Source of the DNA: Pocillopora damicornis
Lineage: Eukaryota
Direction: 5' to 3'
Assembly: GCF_003704095.1 (NCBI RefSeq)
Contig: NW_020847208.1
Location: 248,001 to 312,000 of the forward strand
Length of the DNA stretch: 64,000 bases
Shown: positions 34,101-48,400 of the stretch, piece by piece
How the letters are laid out: every line of letters starts with the position of its first letter
Numbering within the stretch: position 1 is the first letter of the stretch
Made by a program: the position numbers and the translations under genes
The notes under the pieces: generated by a model
Seen by the model: only the letters and a program-made list of their open reading frames with translations
Database searches by the model: none
What the model was told of the DNA's origin: nothing

Positions 34101-37100
34101 GGGATAACGTTAGATATGGATTGGCTGTCTTTGGCAGCAGCGTTAAGGTAAAATCATGACTATATTAAGCGTGGTTTAGCTCAGCGCTAAAAAATAGCTT
34201 ATTGCAATATCCAAATCGATTTTATATCAGAAACCTCAATTCCTCGGTCTATGATTTTATTAGGACGGGAGTGATTTAATTACTCGTTTGTAAACGAGTG
34301 CATCACTGGCTAAAAAAACAATATAGCTTGAAAATCTTCTTCCTCATTATATTAGGTCGTATTTGGATTTAACCAGTATACCTCTATGTATGATGTCGAT
34401 GCGGAAATAGCAAGTGTAACCTTGGTCGGAGGCAGATGTAATGCAGGCGCTGCACTGATAGAATGCCAGAGATCTCTGTTTGTCGGTAATGCAGGAGGAA
34501 GGAAACGCATTCTTCTTGTCCTCATGGCAGGGAAGTCAATTGATGACGTCTCAGTAGGTGCTGGTTATTTGAAGAAAGCCGGAGTCAGGACAATGGTTAT
34601 TAGAATGGGTAGTTCTTACGAGCAGTCCCAGCTCTCTACTATGGCGTTTACCCCAGATTACATTCTGAGAGCAAACACACTCCTTGAGTTACCTGGGGTT
34701 AGGGAAGAAGCTGCTGGATTTTTATATCAAGGTCCATAGACTCCTTTAATTGATGCTTCTTTTGACACTTGAAGTGATATATTTACGTAATATGGATACG
34801 ATATGATATGCCGTGATACAATACATTACCATGATACCCTACGATACGATACAGCACAGACTCGCTGCGTCTCCCACATACATAATGACCACATTGAGAT
34901 GTAGAGTTAAAAATATGTGAAAAAATACATATCACAAAAAATTCTAAGGAGGACTTGCTACTGTTTGTTTTCCCAGCCAGCGGTATTAATCTCAGAGCAA
35001 GCGCGACGCAGATGGGAGGTATGTTTGGTCTCATGTTGACTGAAACAAGTTTAAATGTTTAATGTCTACTTACCTCACCGGCCGATTCCTTTCAGCTTCA
35101 TTTTTTTGAGGTCACTGTCCTTAGCTTAAACTTTAGCATAAACTATAAATCTTAGCTTAGCACTTTCCTTAGCCTAGCATAAAAAAAAGAACCCGCGTGT
35201 TTTTAAAAAAGTGAAATTGACGAGTTAAAAACGTAACAAAATTATATCTCAGATATTAAAAAAAAAAGACCAAGAAGGGATACCAAAGACGAGTTATTAT
35301 ATTACTGCCATGAATGATTCGTGCAGCTTGCTTCCTCTCAAAAATCTGGGAGCACCTTCAACCACGTCATGACAACGCATTTCTCGGTTCGCTATCCTTA
35401 GGAATTAGATGATGCAGCGTTAATTTTCTGGCTGAAGACTAACCTAATTGTCACTTCATGTCTCCCTCACAGGCTGTAAAAAAAGGAATTACGAATTGAC
35501 GAGTATCTTATCTACGATCATATCAATTAATTTATGCATTGAAATGCTCTTTGTATAAGGTGGTTGTGACCTTGGGTTTATGGTGGACGCCTCATCAAGT
35601 GTTGGTGCGAATTTGCCAAGTGTTCTGAATTTTGTAATCAGCATCGTTCACTCCTTTGCCACCGGTATCGGTATGCGGTATGGAATGGTTACGTTTGGTG
35701 CTCATGCTCAGGTATGATTACATGATTTCTCAAAACATTCTCGTTTGCTATTTAGCAGTAACCGCTGTTAATATTAAATGTGAACATAAACAAGTGACGA
35801 TCTGTGAAAATCAGCCAATCGGCGCTGAGCATCACCATGTAAGTGGTGATAGTTTGCAAGTTCAGTTTTGATTGCGGTTGAATGAAACATTCAGGTTACT
35901 CTTCTGGACTAGTCTCTTCAATTTAGTTTTGCAAAACAATAGCAGCAAAGTGTAGGGCCACCTAAATATGACTCTCACAAGGAAGATGGAATCATGCTTT
36001 CTTTAACCTACAACTCTAGTCTATTCATCCACGTGTCGGGTGATCAACTAAAAGCATTATCGAAACGATTCAATTAGATAGAGAATAATACATGTGTAAG
36101 GTTTTTTTTTTCATTTCCTTGCAGGTTATCTTCCGATTTAATCAGTATACATCACTCTCTGACGTCGACTCAAAAGTTGCAGGTGTGAACCTGCTTGAAG
36201 GCTACAGTAACGCCCACGAAGCTCTTACTCTATGCAACTCAGTTCTTTTTGCCGGTAATGGGGCTGGGAGAAAGAGAGTTTTGATCGTGCTAATGGCTGG
36301 CAGATCGACAGTCAGTTTGACAACAGCTGCCATAACATTGAAAACGGCCAAAGTCAAAGTAATTGCTGTTGGAATGGGTAGCTCATTTTCTAACCAAGAG
36401 CTTATAACTATGGCATATTCTTCATCTTATGCTCTATACTCCAACTCCTTTACTGGTTTAGCAGGAAAAAGGCAGACTGTTTCCGGTTTGGTATCTGAAG
36501 GTAAACGTAATAATAATAATAAAAAAATAACTTGTAGAGCAATTCAGATTGAGCCGTTTTTAACGTAATTCATGGTCCGGGAAACTTGCGCCATTCCCTC
36601 AACCAATTAGGCGCAAAGCCTAAACCAATAACTACTTGATCAAACACTTTCCTCCTGGCCTGTGGTAGTGTTTGAATCCTCGAGTTCACTTCAGTTCTCA
36701 TTCGATCCTTACGATACTAAAATTTGTTGTTATAAACTGTTGTAATTACATACGCATTGGTCTATTGCGACATTAAATCGAAATAAATTCCACCATGCGA
36801 ACTCAATCTGTATCCTTGAGTCGAAGGTCAACTTAAAAGAAAGCAGTTGATAATGCAGTGAATTTTGCAATACAACATTTACATAACTACAATTATAAAA
36901 TTTATTATGAATTTTCAGCAATCAGATATAATCTTTTTACCTTTAGCATCTATTTGCACAGAACTTAAATTAACAATCAAGTTCATGACTCTCTTCTTTA
37001 TAGTTAGTGGTGTGACTGCCATTGGAACTGCGCTTTCCGAAAATGGAGGTTTGTTAAATCATTATTTCAATAGTTTAATGTCATATGGAACTTTGTTTCA

Positions 37101-39352
37101 GCTGTCTTCTTTGTTTATTATTTATTAGGGCATGGAGTCGGCTCCCTGCAATATTTTAGTCATATATGGACAAAATATGTATTGATAATAACATGATTTT
37201 GAGTGCAGTTTGGTTTCAACAAGCACGAGTAAAATTTTTCAAAGACAACAAAATGTGTAGTCTTTGAAAAATTTACAAGTGTGTACTACACCAAATTGCA
37301 AATCATGATTTATTGTTAATAATGTGTACGATCACAGGAAGTCAAGACAGACGAAAATATGAAAGCGTGCGCGCGCTATTTGTAATTAATTTTGCTCTCG
37401 TGTTACAGCTTAATTTGCATTCGTGTTACAACTTTGCACTTGTGTCGCCTGAGAACGCACTCCGTTTTCAGGCAATCAAATTAAATTATTAACGATGAAA
37501 TCTCATTCAAAAGTCTCGCAAATTGTTGAATAAAAGCTCTCACCATTATTTGTTTTGCTTCGTTTTCGATATGTTTAATTTTAGCCTAACTCGTTTACCC
37601 TTCCTCTTTGACCGTTCACCTGGCCCCCTCCTAGTGGAGGGCTTCAAGGGTTCAATGACTTAAAATTAGAGGTTCTTCAAAAAACTGTATAACCTTATTT
37701 ACGGTCTTTAATTTTTTTGTTTTTGTTTGTTTGTTTGGTTGTTTTTTTTTTTGTTTATTTCCTTTCTCGCAACGGCAAACTTAAATTATCAGATTGACGG
37801 TTATTTTGTGAGTCCTGGTTGGCTTTTCTCAATTAAGTTCCCTTAAAATGGGCATATAAAAGAATGCTTAATGCGATATTTACCTTTTTAGCTTGCCAAA
37901 CTCAAGTGGACCTTGGATTCCTGATTGACGGCTCTGGAAGCATAAATTACTTTGGCGCAGGAAATTTCAGAAAGTGTTTGGATTTTGTAAAAGCTCTTAC
38001 TAGAGCTTTTGTTATTTCTCCAACGAAAACAAGAGTTGGGGCTATTGTTTTCTCATACCGCAGTAAAATTCAATTCGACTTCAGCCAGTACCACAGGCAA
38101 TCAGATGTAGAGGCCGCAGTTGATCGCATAGAATACCCCGGACGTTCGACGTACACTGGTGTCGGCCTGAAAATGGCCGGTGAAAAATTATTCAGCAATA
38201 TCAGGAAAGGAGTTCCACGTGTACTGATTGTTATAACGGACGGCTTTTCCCACGATAATGTCGCCGAGCCTTCTGCAGTGCTTAGAAAGGCTGGAGTAAT
38301 AATACTGTCCGTTGGACTGGGAAAGTATTACAATAAAGCTCAGCTTAACGTCATAGCCAGCAACCCACAGGAAGAGCACGTGTTTTCGGTGGATTTCTCT
38401 CAAATGCCGATTATAGTTAGGGCAATACAAGATAGGTTTTGCAGAGGTGAGAAGCGCGTTAGAAGAAGTAACCTCAGATCTCGTGAGGATGGTATATTGC
38501 CTAGTACTATATATTGATACTTGGTGATATACAGAAAAAAGAATATGATCGATATTATTTAGTGTACCTCGTTCCTGTACCTGAAGGAAAGTAAATAGCA
38601 AATAGCGTGCTCCACATTTAAAACACAAGTGTACTTTGAAGTTATTCGAAAAACAGTTGTTTGATCTTAACGCGACCTTTGCCTTGTTGATAAAGTTGTT
38701 ATTTTTTTCATCGCGCATTGCATCATGGTTAAACCACATTTTGACGTTCAGTCTTTGGATGGTTGACTGCACATAGGAATCTCCTCAAATTTGAAAGATA
38801 CTCTGAAAGATACACATTTCATCTCGAGCTCAATCCGTTCTGACAAGTGGCTAGCGATAAATGAAAACTGGTTCTCGAGAAAACAATAAATATAATAAAT
38901 CATTGACTTTCTATTAAAAGAGCCTACGCAATGACCGCCATTTAAAATAACTGATTCAATTGATGTGTTGTTTTGTAGATTCCGCAAAGGCCGTCTCTGA
39001 AGGAGCAAGTAAGTAATACTGAGGCGTCAAAAAACTAATTTAGAGATTCCAGTGCATGGGCCGATAGGTGAGTGAATTCATTGATGAACGACTCAACTGA
39101 TGATAGTGATCGATAGCCTGGTCGATGGACTGACTGAATCACTTACTGCCAAACTGACTGCCTGCGTGATTAACTAAATTATCAAATGACACAGTGACTG
39201 ATTGATTGAAGTTTTTTTTTATGTGTTACAACTTTCTTTTATAATGGTTTATTTCAGCCGGGACAACTGTCACCACCACGGGAAGCGGAGGTAAGTCTTT
39301 CTATTGTACTTATACTCCGTGAAGAGATCCATGAATTTAATTCATTGTCGCA

Positions 39353-39408
<56 letters not shown>

Positions 39409-42400
39409 TCAACCTGTGTGTTGATATAAAGTTGGTCAAATATGATGAGTCTTATTTATTTAAGGTTTTATTGATGGCATCTCCGCTATTGACAGTAAAC
39501 GGTAAAGAAAAACCGTCATCCTCACTTGAACAGAAGAGACGGTACATAATAGTTATAATTAAAACAACAAACTAGGTGGTAAAGACAGAAAGGTAAAGAG
39601 AAATCCAGGAAAATATGAAAAATCTACGTTAAATCATCTGGTCTAAATCTAAGAGAGATCTTCAAAGTACAAATGGTGTTTGTAAAGAGATGACTACTTG
39701 TCGATTATTTGCGAGTAAGGATTGCTCGTTCATTGGAAGAAATACCTCACTGCACTTAATGCAACATTTTTCTCTCTTCTTCTGTTCTGGCAACAGCCAC
39801 TGGAGACAAATGTTTTGGCGATTGCTGCTATCTTTTGATGAAGTCAGAGAGCTTATGGACTGAGAACCGAAATAGCTGCTCAAGACATATAGTCTTGGTC
39901 AAGCTTTCTCACGACCACGGGTTTTGAGAGGGGGAGTGGGGAGGGTGTAATGAGTAAAAGACGAGGTCGCGAGAGAGAAACTAATCACCAGTTACTTGGG
40001 CGCGCGTAGATACGGAATTTCTCTGCGAGTGTCTAACTATTAGCATTTCATGTCGGTAGGTATGACGGTAAGCTGTTGAGATATTTAAGATTCACTGTGA
40101 TCAGCTAAAGATAACCATTTCCAACCCTTTAATGACTACCGTTTTCTTCTGGATCTATATTACTATCATCTCCGTAATTTCCACGCTGCACTTATATCTT
40201 ACGGTAAAATTGTCATTGAAGGCAAGTTTGGTACTTCTTTCAGTTGGTGGAGTCGGTAGCGGAGGAATTACAGCGACAGGAACGTCAGGTCAGTTTATTC
40301 CACCACATCGCATAGGTCCTGAATAAGTATTTTTCGATTCATGCACACCAGCTAAAATGTCCCTGGTGAGTTTTACCGTGGCAAATTACTTTGTCATTTA
40401 GTTATTTGGACAAGGGGTCTTGCCAAGGTCAAAAGGTCAACTTATCCGCCAAATAGAATTCCTCAAGGGAATTTTTGTCGAGGCTATGGCTATGTCATGA
40501 TCCTGCAATCTCTTCCACAGCAGGACTTGACTTGGCCATCATGGTGGACGCCTCAGCGAGCGTCGGAGGAGCATTGAACTTTCAGGTCATCATGAATTTC
40601 GTGACTGATGTATTCCACTCGTTCAAACTCGGGAATGGAGTGAGATACGGATTAGTCGTCTTCGGTGGCAGGGCAAAGGTAGGCGTTCATTTCTTGAAAT
40701 TGGCTTAAACTTTGTCAAAACTTTGATAAACAAGAATTTCATATTTACACTTATAACTGCGATGTGGAATCGTTTTGTTTATGTCATGTATAATTTTCAG
40801 ATGAAATTTATGATTGATTATATACTTACGTATAGTGCGGCGGTTTAATTTTCTGGTTTGTTACCCACTGTGAAGCGCCTTCTGATCGATCTCGTGAAAG
40901 CAAAAGCAAGCTTAGTTCTCTGAGTGGCTATTCATGGCCAAGGTAGATGTCATAAGGAGCCATTCTTAACTCACTTGAAAACCAACTAACAACGAATTGC
41001 TAATTTCTGATTTCTTCTACTCTTGAATCAGATAGTTGGAGATCGTGGCGCGAATATGATTTGCCAATCCCAGAGAGAAGCGATGGAAAGCAAATTCAAC
41101 ATTTCTGTAATATGTAAACTAAATTAAGTTTGAAAAACATTTACATAATGCAACAAATACCACTATTTCTTTCAGGTCATATTTGGATTTAATCAATACA
41201 GCTCCATCTATGACATCGACGCGGAGATTGCTAAGGTCAGGATGTTGGGTGGCAGCTGCAACATAGGCGCTGCTCTCTTAGAATGTCAAACATCCCTGTT
41301 TTCTGGTGACGCACGAGGAAGAGCACGTGTTCTTCTGGTGCTTGTGGCAGGAAGCACTAGTACAGACTACTCAAATGTGGTCGGGTCATTGAAAACTGCT
41401 GGAGTCAAGATTTTCGCTGTTGGAGTTGGCGGCTTATTTGTTCAAGCACAGATAACAGCTTTGACAGCATCTACGTCTAACGTGCTAAACACTGCCTCAT
41501 TTAAGGGTTTGGCAGATATTACAGGAAGCGTTTCAACAACTATATCGCAAGGTACATGAACGCACTGCTTTCTGGTTTAAGTAAGACTCAGAGTAGTCCC
41601 TGTTTTCTACTGAACCCGAGATATTGTTTTGTCTAATTTTATTAAACTGCATGACAGATTCTGTTGAGGAAGAGGAAGATCTCTTGGAGTTTGTAATATT
41701 AAATGGGAACTCTGTGTTAAGTATAGGAAACCGTATGAATTGCACGACAGTTGTCCTTAAATTTCTCGTAACGGCACGAAGAATCCCTGTAAGCAAGAGT
41801 ATTTTTGGCGCTCTTCTGCATCTTATATTCTCACCAATGTTAAGTGCTTGGTGCACATTTCAGAAAACTCTATTTAATTACAAGTTCAAGACTATTCTAA
41901 TCTTGAATTTGTAGTTGAATAGAATAATTATCATGAATACCTATTTTGAAGTTATTCGATTTTCCTTAAAATTTATCATAGTTTAGGGTTTAATTTCGGA
42001 AGCTAACTTGGAAAGCATTTATCTTCTATGATGATTAATATTATTTGTTGCTATCGTTTTAGCTGGAGGAGTCAGTACCATTGGAAGATCCATTGCAAAG
42101 GGAGGTGGGTGCTGTACTGCATAAATGATAGGGAAAAAACGAAAAGTGGTGGCTACCAGATAAAAAGAAAACTTAAAATCTCTTCGAAGAAGCAAGCTGG
42201 AAGTGTTGGGTGAAAGAATTTTCTGCATCTAAGAGAGCCAGTGTCTCAGTATATGCATTACAAAGTGTCCAAGAATCTTGTTTCAGTAACGAAAAAGGGG
42301 GCGCTGCCACTATTACTTCATTCTTCACTCATCTAAATTTTTTATTTTGTGTCATTGAATTGAATATGTCCAAGCTTCACCCATTCGCTTTATTTCAGGT

Positions 42401-45400
42401 GGATGTGACTTGGCTTTCTTGGTGGATGCGTCATCAAGCATCGGAGACGATAGAACGCTCGGGCTTGTTATGAACTTCGTAACTAGGATTTTCCATACTT
42501 TTTCCGTGGTTGGTGATGTCCGGTACGGATTGGTGGTATTTGGTGACAGTGTTAAGGTACCTTATCGATATATTTAATTTTATTATTGCATCGATGTATC
42601 ATTTTTAATAAGCATTCACTTGATCATTCATTAACCCCTGCAAATTCGAACTCCTGAGAGAAATAGTCCCACAATCACTGGACAGAAGTAAGAGTTGGCT
42701 AAAGCGGATAAATGGGGGAAAACAGTTTTCAAGGAAACTGCTCTACGTTCCAGTCTGCGAATTCTCCCTCGTCCTGAAATTATCACATGGGTGGGAGGGC
42801 AGATATAATCATCGGATTATGGTTTGATCCTTATAAACTTGATCATGACAGTAGTAGAATTTGAGGAGGATGTTGGCGTCTCCCTTTTGATGGAATGCTT
42901 TAATACAAGTATCAATCATCACAAAAACACCAGCCCACGCCGATTCAATCTAACTTTCATTCAAGCTTGTTCCCAGAAGGTCGACTTATTCCACCCTTAA
43001 AAGGAAATATAATTGACAAATAAGTTAACTTGAACATCGAAGTAAACTTATTAAAACCGTTTGTGCGCAATCTTTTGACCCTAACCTTCGTATAGTACCT
43101 CTTAGACTCTTCTTGAGCTCATAACGAATTGATTTTGTTATAGCATTCATAATTTTTGTTGGCAGATTGTTTTTGGATTTGATCGGTATTCCTCACTCTC
43201 TGACGTGGACTCAGCAGTTGGCAATGTCGAGTTGGTGGGTGGAAACTGCAACGTCGGTGAGGCTCTTTACCAGTGCGGTTCCAAACTGTTTACCGCTGAC
43301 ACGACGGGGAGGTCACGAGTGCTGATTGTCCTTATGGCGGGAAGAGCACAGGAGGATCTAGGCATTAAAGATGCAGCCGATGCCTTAAATCAAGTTGGAG
43401 TAAAAATCATTGCAGTAGGAATGGGATCTTCTTTCGATAGAGCACAACTTCAATCGATGGCTTTCGCTACATCTTACGTCTTAAACACCTCCTCTTTCGG
43501 CGGATTCGCAAGCATCACTGAGAAAGTGATCGGCCTTGTGTCGCAAGGTAAATAACTCTCAAATCTTTTGTCTTCTTGGTAATATAATTCATTAGTTTCT
43601 GTATTTTCACGATTCCTTTCTAATTTGAGAGTGCTCTGTTCCCCCTTGCATCCAAAAATCCAAAAGATTTGCACCCAGGTTTCGGATACTCAGCATTTTT
43701 GATGTGTTCGCTTGGCGCTATTGAGCCAAGTCTTTACATTTAGTTCGTAGTGTAATTTACTTTCATAGGAAAAATATACAGAACTCTAATCGCAACACTA
43801 GGAACGTGTACCTCGAATTCAAATTATGGACTTTTACGTTTCGTCCATTTTTGTTTTCAGCTGGCTCGGTTACTGTCACTGGACCTAAACCCGCAGTAGG
43901 AGAAGGTTTGATGATTTGAATCTTAACTCAGTCTGTCATCGCTGAAATACTAGACGACTTAATCTTTTTTTGCAAAAGGGTGAACATTTGTGTGCTTACG
44001 TTTCGTCATCTCCATGTTCTTCCTTAGCCTGCAAAACGCAAGTGGATCTTGGTTTCCTTATAGATGGCTCAGGAAGTATCAACTATTACGGGGCAGGAAA
44101 TTTCAGAAAGTGTTTAAAATTTGTCAAAGCTCTCACAAAAGCGTTCGTTATTTCTCCTACTGACACAAGAGTTGGGGCAATTGTCTTCTCATACCACAGC
44201 AAGCTCGAATTCGACTTCACTCATTACAAGACGCAAACAAATGTGGAGGCCGCCATTGACAGAATTCAATACCCTGGATTTACGACGTACACGGGTAAAG
44301 GGATAAGAATGGCGGGTTCAAAGCTTTTTAACAATATCAGAAAAGGCGTTCCTCGTGTACTTGTCGTTATTACTGATGGATATTCTCATGACGCGGTTGC
44401 TCAGCCATCTGCCGACCTTCGATCGGCAGGGGTTAAAATATTAACCGTTGGATTGGGAACTCATTACAACAAAGCTCAGCTGAGCGTTATGGCAAGCTAT
44501 CCGCAGAAGCATCACGTGTTTTCAGTTGAATTCTCTAAAATGCCACAAATAGTCATGGCGATACAGGATATGCTTTGTAAAGGTAAGAGCTGAATTTACT
44601 TTGGTCTAGAGTTGCAGTAAAGTCCTTTTATCAAATATGTTATTGATGCCTGAACTTAGTCATTAGCAAAAGGATAAAATATTTGTGGATGCTCAACTTT
44701 TCTGTCCACGTAAATAAATTAAGATGTGATGAAAAGTTTTGTTTTAATTTAGAGCTTATATTTCACGATGCCTCAAGACATAAATTGGGAAGGGCCTTGT
44801 TAAATTTGGCAAGGATGATTTCATTTTCTTACTTTATGATTGGTACTAATGCCAAAACTTGTTAATCCACTATGATCTTTCCACAGCTGCCACCACAGCT
44901 GTCACGGAAGGAACAAGTAAGTGCTCAAAGCTCCTCACAACAGAATTGAACCCTAAAGGCGGTCATTTCATAGAAAAACCACATATTAGCTGGCAATGAA
45001 ATAGTATGGATTGTCTCACTATGTAATCACTTCTGATGTGCCATTCGCGTCGGAGGTGATCTCAAGTCAACTAATAGGAAAATTTTGAACTTGATATATT
45101 CAAGTATTTGTGTTATTGGTATTCATTGATTAGTTAGTTATGCGCGTAGATTTGTCTTGTTTGTATGTCAATTAATGCAGTTGTTGTTTCTCTGTATCAA
45201 TGTTTCGCTACGTTAACTGATACTTATATTTATTTCACCTTTAGCTAATGGCGTTACTTTACCCTCAGGGGGAGTAGGTGAGTATTCTTTGCTGCTTACA
45301 TGTTCATATTGATGAAAATTTAGAACATAACTAGCCTTTTTTATGTTTAGGTGCCGGAAGTAAATGTGACGGAAGTTCATGTTACTTGTTTACCAAAGCT

Positions 45401-48400
45401 GGTAAGACGTGGACTGAAAATCAAAATAGTTGCAAAGACAAAGGAGGTGACCTGATCTCCATTGAAACAGAAAAAGAATGGACATTCATAAATAACGCGA
45501 TTCAAAGTCTCAATTTTGTGGGAGTGAGTGAATGGCACATAGGTCTGAAGAATCAAGGACAAACATGGCTGTGGGTTAGTGGAAAGCCGCTGACCATCGC
45601 CAAATGGCAACCGAACGAACCATCTGGAAATGGAAATGCAATTGTGATCTCTAAGAGCGCAAAGGGACTGTTTGGCGATGTAGAAGATGATAGTGCAAAG
45701 GCCTATATCTGTGAAATGTCTCAAGGTAAGACTCACTGACTTTGTCCACGTATATATAGCTACTTCAACTAATTTCAGTCATTTGTCCTTGTTACATTTG
45801 CGATCATGAATCAAACAGTTTTATATTATTCGTACATTGTTTCAGTGACCGCCAGTGCTCTCATTTCGCAGCCGACAACAGCAGGAGTGGGTAAGTGTAC
45901 ATTGTAAGTTTCTTATTGAAATGACCAAAATATCAATCCCTCCAGCCCAATCTAGGTAGTTTCATTGCATTTCGCGCGGCAATAACACATTTACCACCCC
46001 GATTACGATATCAGCTAGATTACTTTTCCTTTACAATGTAATGCCATAAAAGCACGTCGGGTCGAACCAACTAAATTTCCAAAATCTGCCAGATTCAGTC
46101 CTGCAGCGCTATTTTAGTTGGCTCAAGGTAATTGACAGATAAAATATATGCACAAAAACTGCAATGAAATGGTCACATTCTATAAAAGGATTCCCATCGT
46201 TATTCTGTCCTTTTGAACCGATTGTTTGAGGCATAAATCAGAAGCCCAAAGAAGCGTTTCAAGCGTTTCAGTTGAATTTATTTCTCTTTAGGAGGATGCG
46301 ATCTGGCCATCATGGTGGATGCATCGAGGAATGTTGGAGGAATAGGAAACTTCCAAATGATTCTCAATTTTATCGCCACTGTTTTCCACTCGTTTACACT
46401 TGGGAATGGTATTCGATACGCACTTGTTGTCTTTGGTGGCAGAACCAAGGTATGAGAGCGAGGAGGTATTTAAAATAAATATACCATATAAAATGTTCTA
46501 TATTTGGTTTCTAAAGGACAAGGGGATACCTGATAAGTGAGCATAGGTCACAAGAATAAAAACTACCTACGAGATAAACAAACAAACAACAAGTTCGATT
46601 TAACGTTCTTTTTTTTTTTTGTAATTTCAAGGGGTGCTAAAATAGAAGATTGAGTTGTAAACAAATTATCGTTTGCGCGGTATTCCAAAAGAGAGGTGTT
46701 TAGCTCTGTGGATGGACTCGTTATCATTTTCAGTTACTTGTCAAAGTTATTCATATTTACCGAGAAATATAAAATTAAGTTAAAATTAAGTGGTTGACAT
46801 AACCAGAATTGCTTGTACATAACAAAGAGGGCTTTTTTCTTGCGATGTCTTCTCTTTCAGGTTGTATTTGGATTCAATCAGTACACATCAATCACCGACG
46901 TTGATAAAAAAATTTCCAGTCTTACATTTGAAGGTGGTAGCTGCAATGCAGGTGCTGCTCTGAACGAATGCCAGACATCCCTATTTGATGGTGATGCTGG
47001 AGGAAGGAGACGCATCCTTCTGGTAATTATGACAGGGACGTCTGATGACGATATCTCAACCACTGCAGGATCTCTAACAAAAACTGGGGTCAAAATAATC
47101 GCCGTGGGAATGGGGTTATCTTATGACAGAATGCAGCTGTCTGCTATGGCCTTTACTCAGTCTTACGTATTTACAACAGCATCAATTGACGGTTGGGATG
47201 GCATTATAGGAAGCGTTTCTCAATTGATATCACTAGGTAAGTCAATGATAATACGTTTAATTTCGTCAACCTGGCCTTTTTTGATACCTCATTTCCTTTT
47301 TTTTTTACCTGGTGCACTTGGAGCAACCCTGTAAACAAAGCTGGTATCATAAAATGTTCCTCTGTAATAATTGACTTAAATTCATTTATATTTTTACTAT
47401 TTTGGCAATTTTTTAGCTGGTGGGATCGTTGCTAATGGAAAGGAACAGGCTAAGACAGGTACGTCATTTCTTTATGATATTGACGGTTTTGCGTTTCAAT
47501 TTGATTCAATTCATAAAAGAAAATTCGTAAAAAATCTTCCATTTTTTCTAGGTGGTTTAGACCTTGCGTTCTTGGTGGATGCATCTTCGAACATTGGTGG
47601 AGAGGCAAACTTCCGCCTTGTTTTGAACTTTGTCAGCAACGTTTTCCATTCATTTGCACATGCGAGAAGCGTACGGTACGGACTGGTTGTATTTGCAGAC
47701 AGTATTAAGGTAAGCAAAGGTAATTTTTTAAAGGTTGTTCAATGTTTGGATAAAATACTTCTTTGGATATCGCTCTCAATGTGTGTGAAAAAAAGGTTAA
47801 CTTGTCACTGGCGCAAAGAGGCCCGCACAGTCGAAGCTTATCCCGGTTTCAACGGAACAAAGTAACCAGGAAAATTGCTTCTCCCCCTGAATGGGCAGCC
47901 AGTCCATCACAGGATACCCCCACCACCGAGAATTTAGTCAGGTTTCTCTTACAGTCTACCAGTACATATTTATACCCATGGATGGAAAGAAGCACCGTGA
48001 GCGAATTGTATTACCTAAGAACACAACATTGTGACTATGACCTACAGATCATCGTGTTTCCCCTCCGTCTATCTCGTACGTGTATCAAACTGGGACCATT
48101 TAATTGCAGGTGGTGTTTGATTTTGGTCAGCATACCTCAATATCGGACATTGACTCAGCACTTAGTGGTGTGGAGCTGATGGATGGTGACTGTAACGTTG
48201 AGGAAGCCCTTTATAAGTGTGGCTCTGCGCTGTTTACGGATGACGCCAAAGGAAGGCAGCGGGTACTCATTTTTATTACAGCAGGAGTATTGAAAGGAGA
48301 CTTCAGTAACGCTGCAGCGGTGTTGAAAACGACTGGCGTAAAAATAATCGCCGTCGGAATTGGTGCCTCAGTTGACAACTCGCAGCTTTCCACCATAGCA

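Noticed and set aside
39254-39439. Poly-Tyr ORF
   Set aside because: It is the translation of an (AAT)n microsatellite.
41533-41914. Overlapping ~100-aa ORFs on both strands in a gene F intron
   Set aside because: No domain similarity, no counterpart in the other cassettes and no fitting splice sites.
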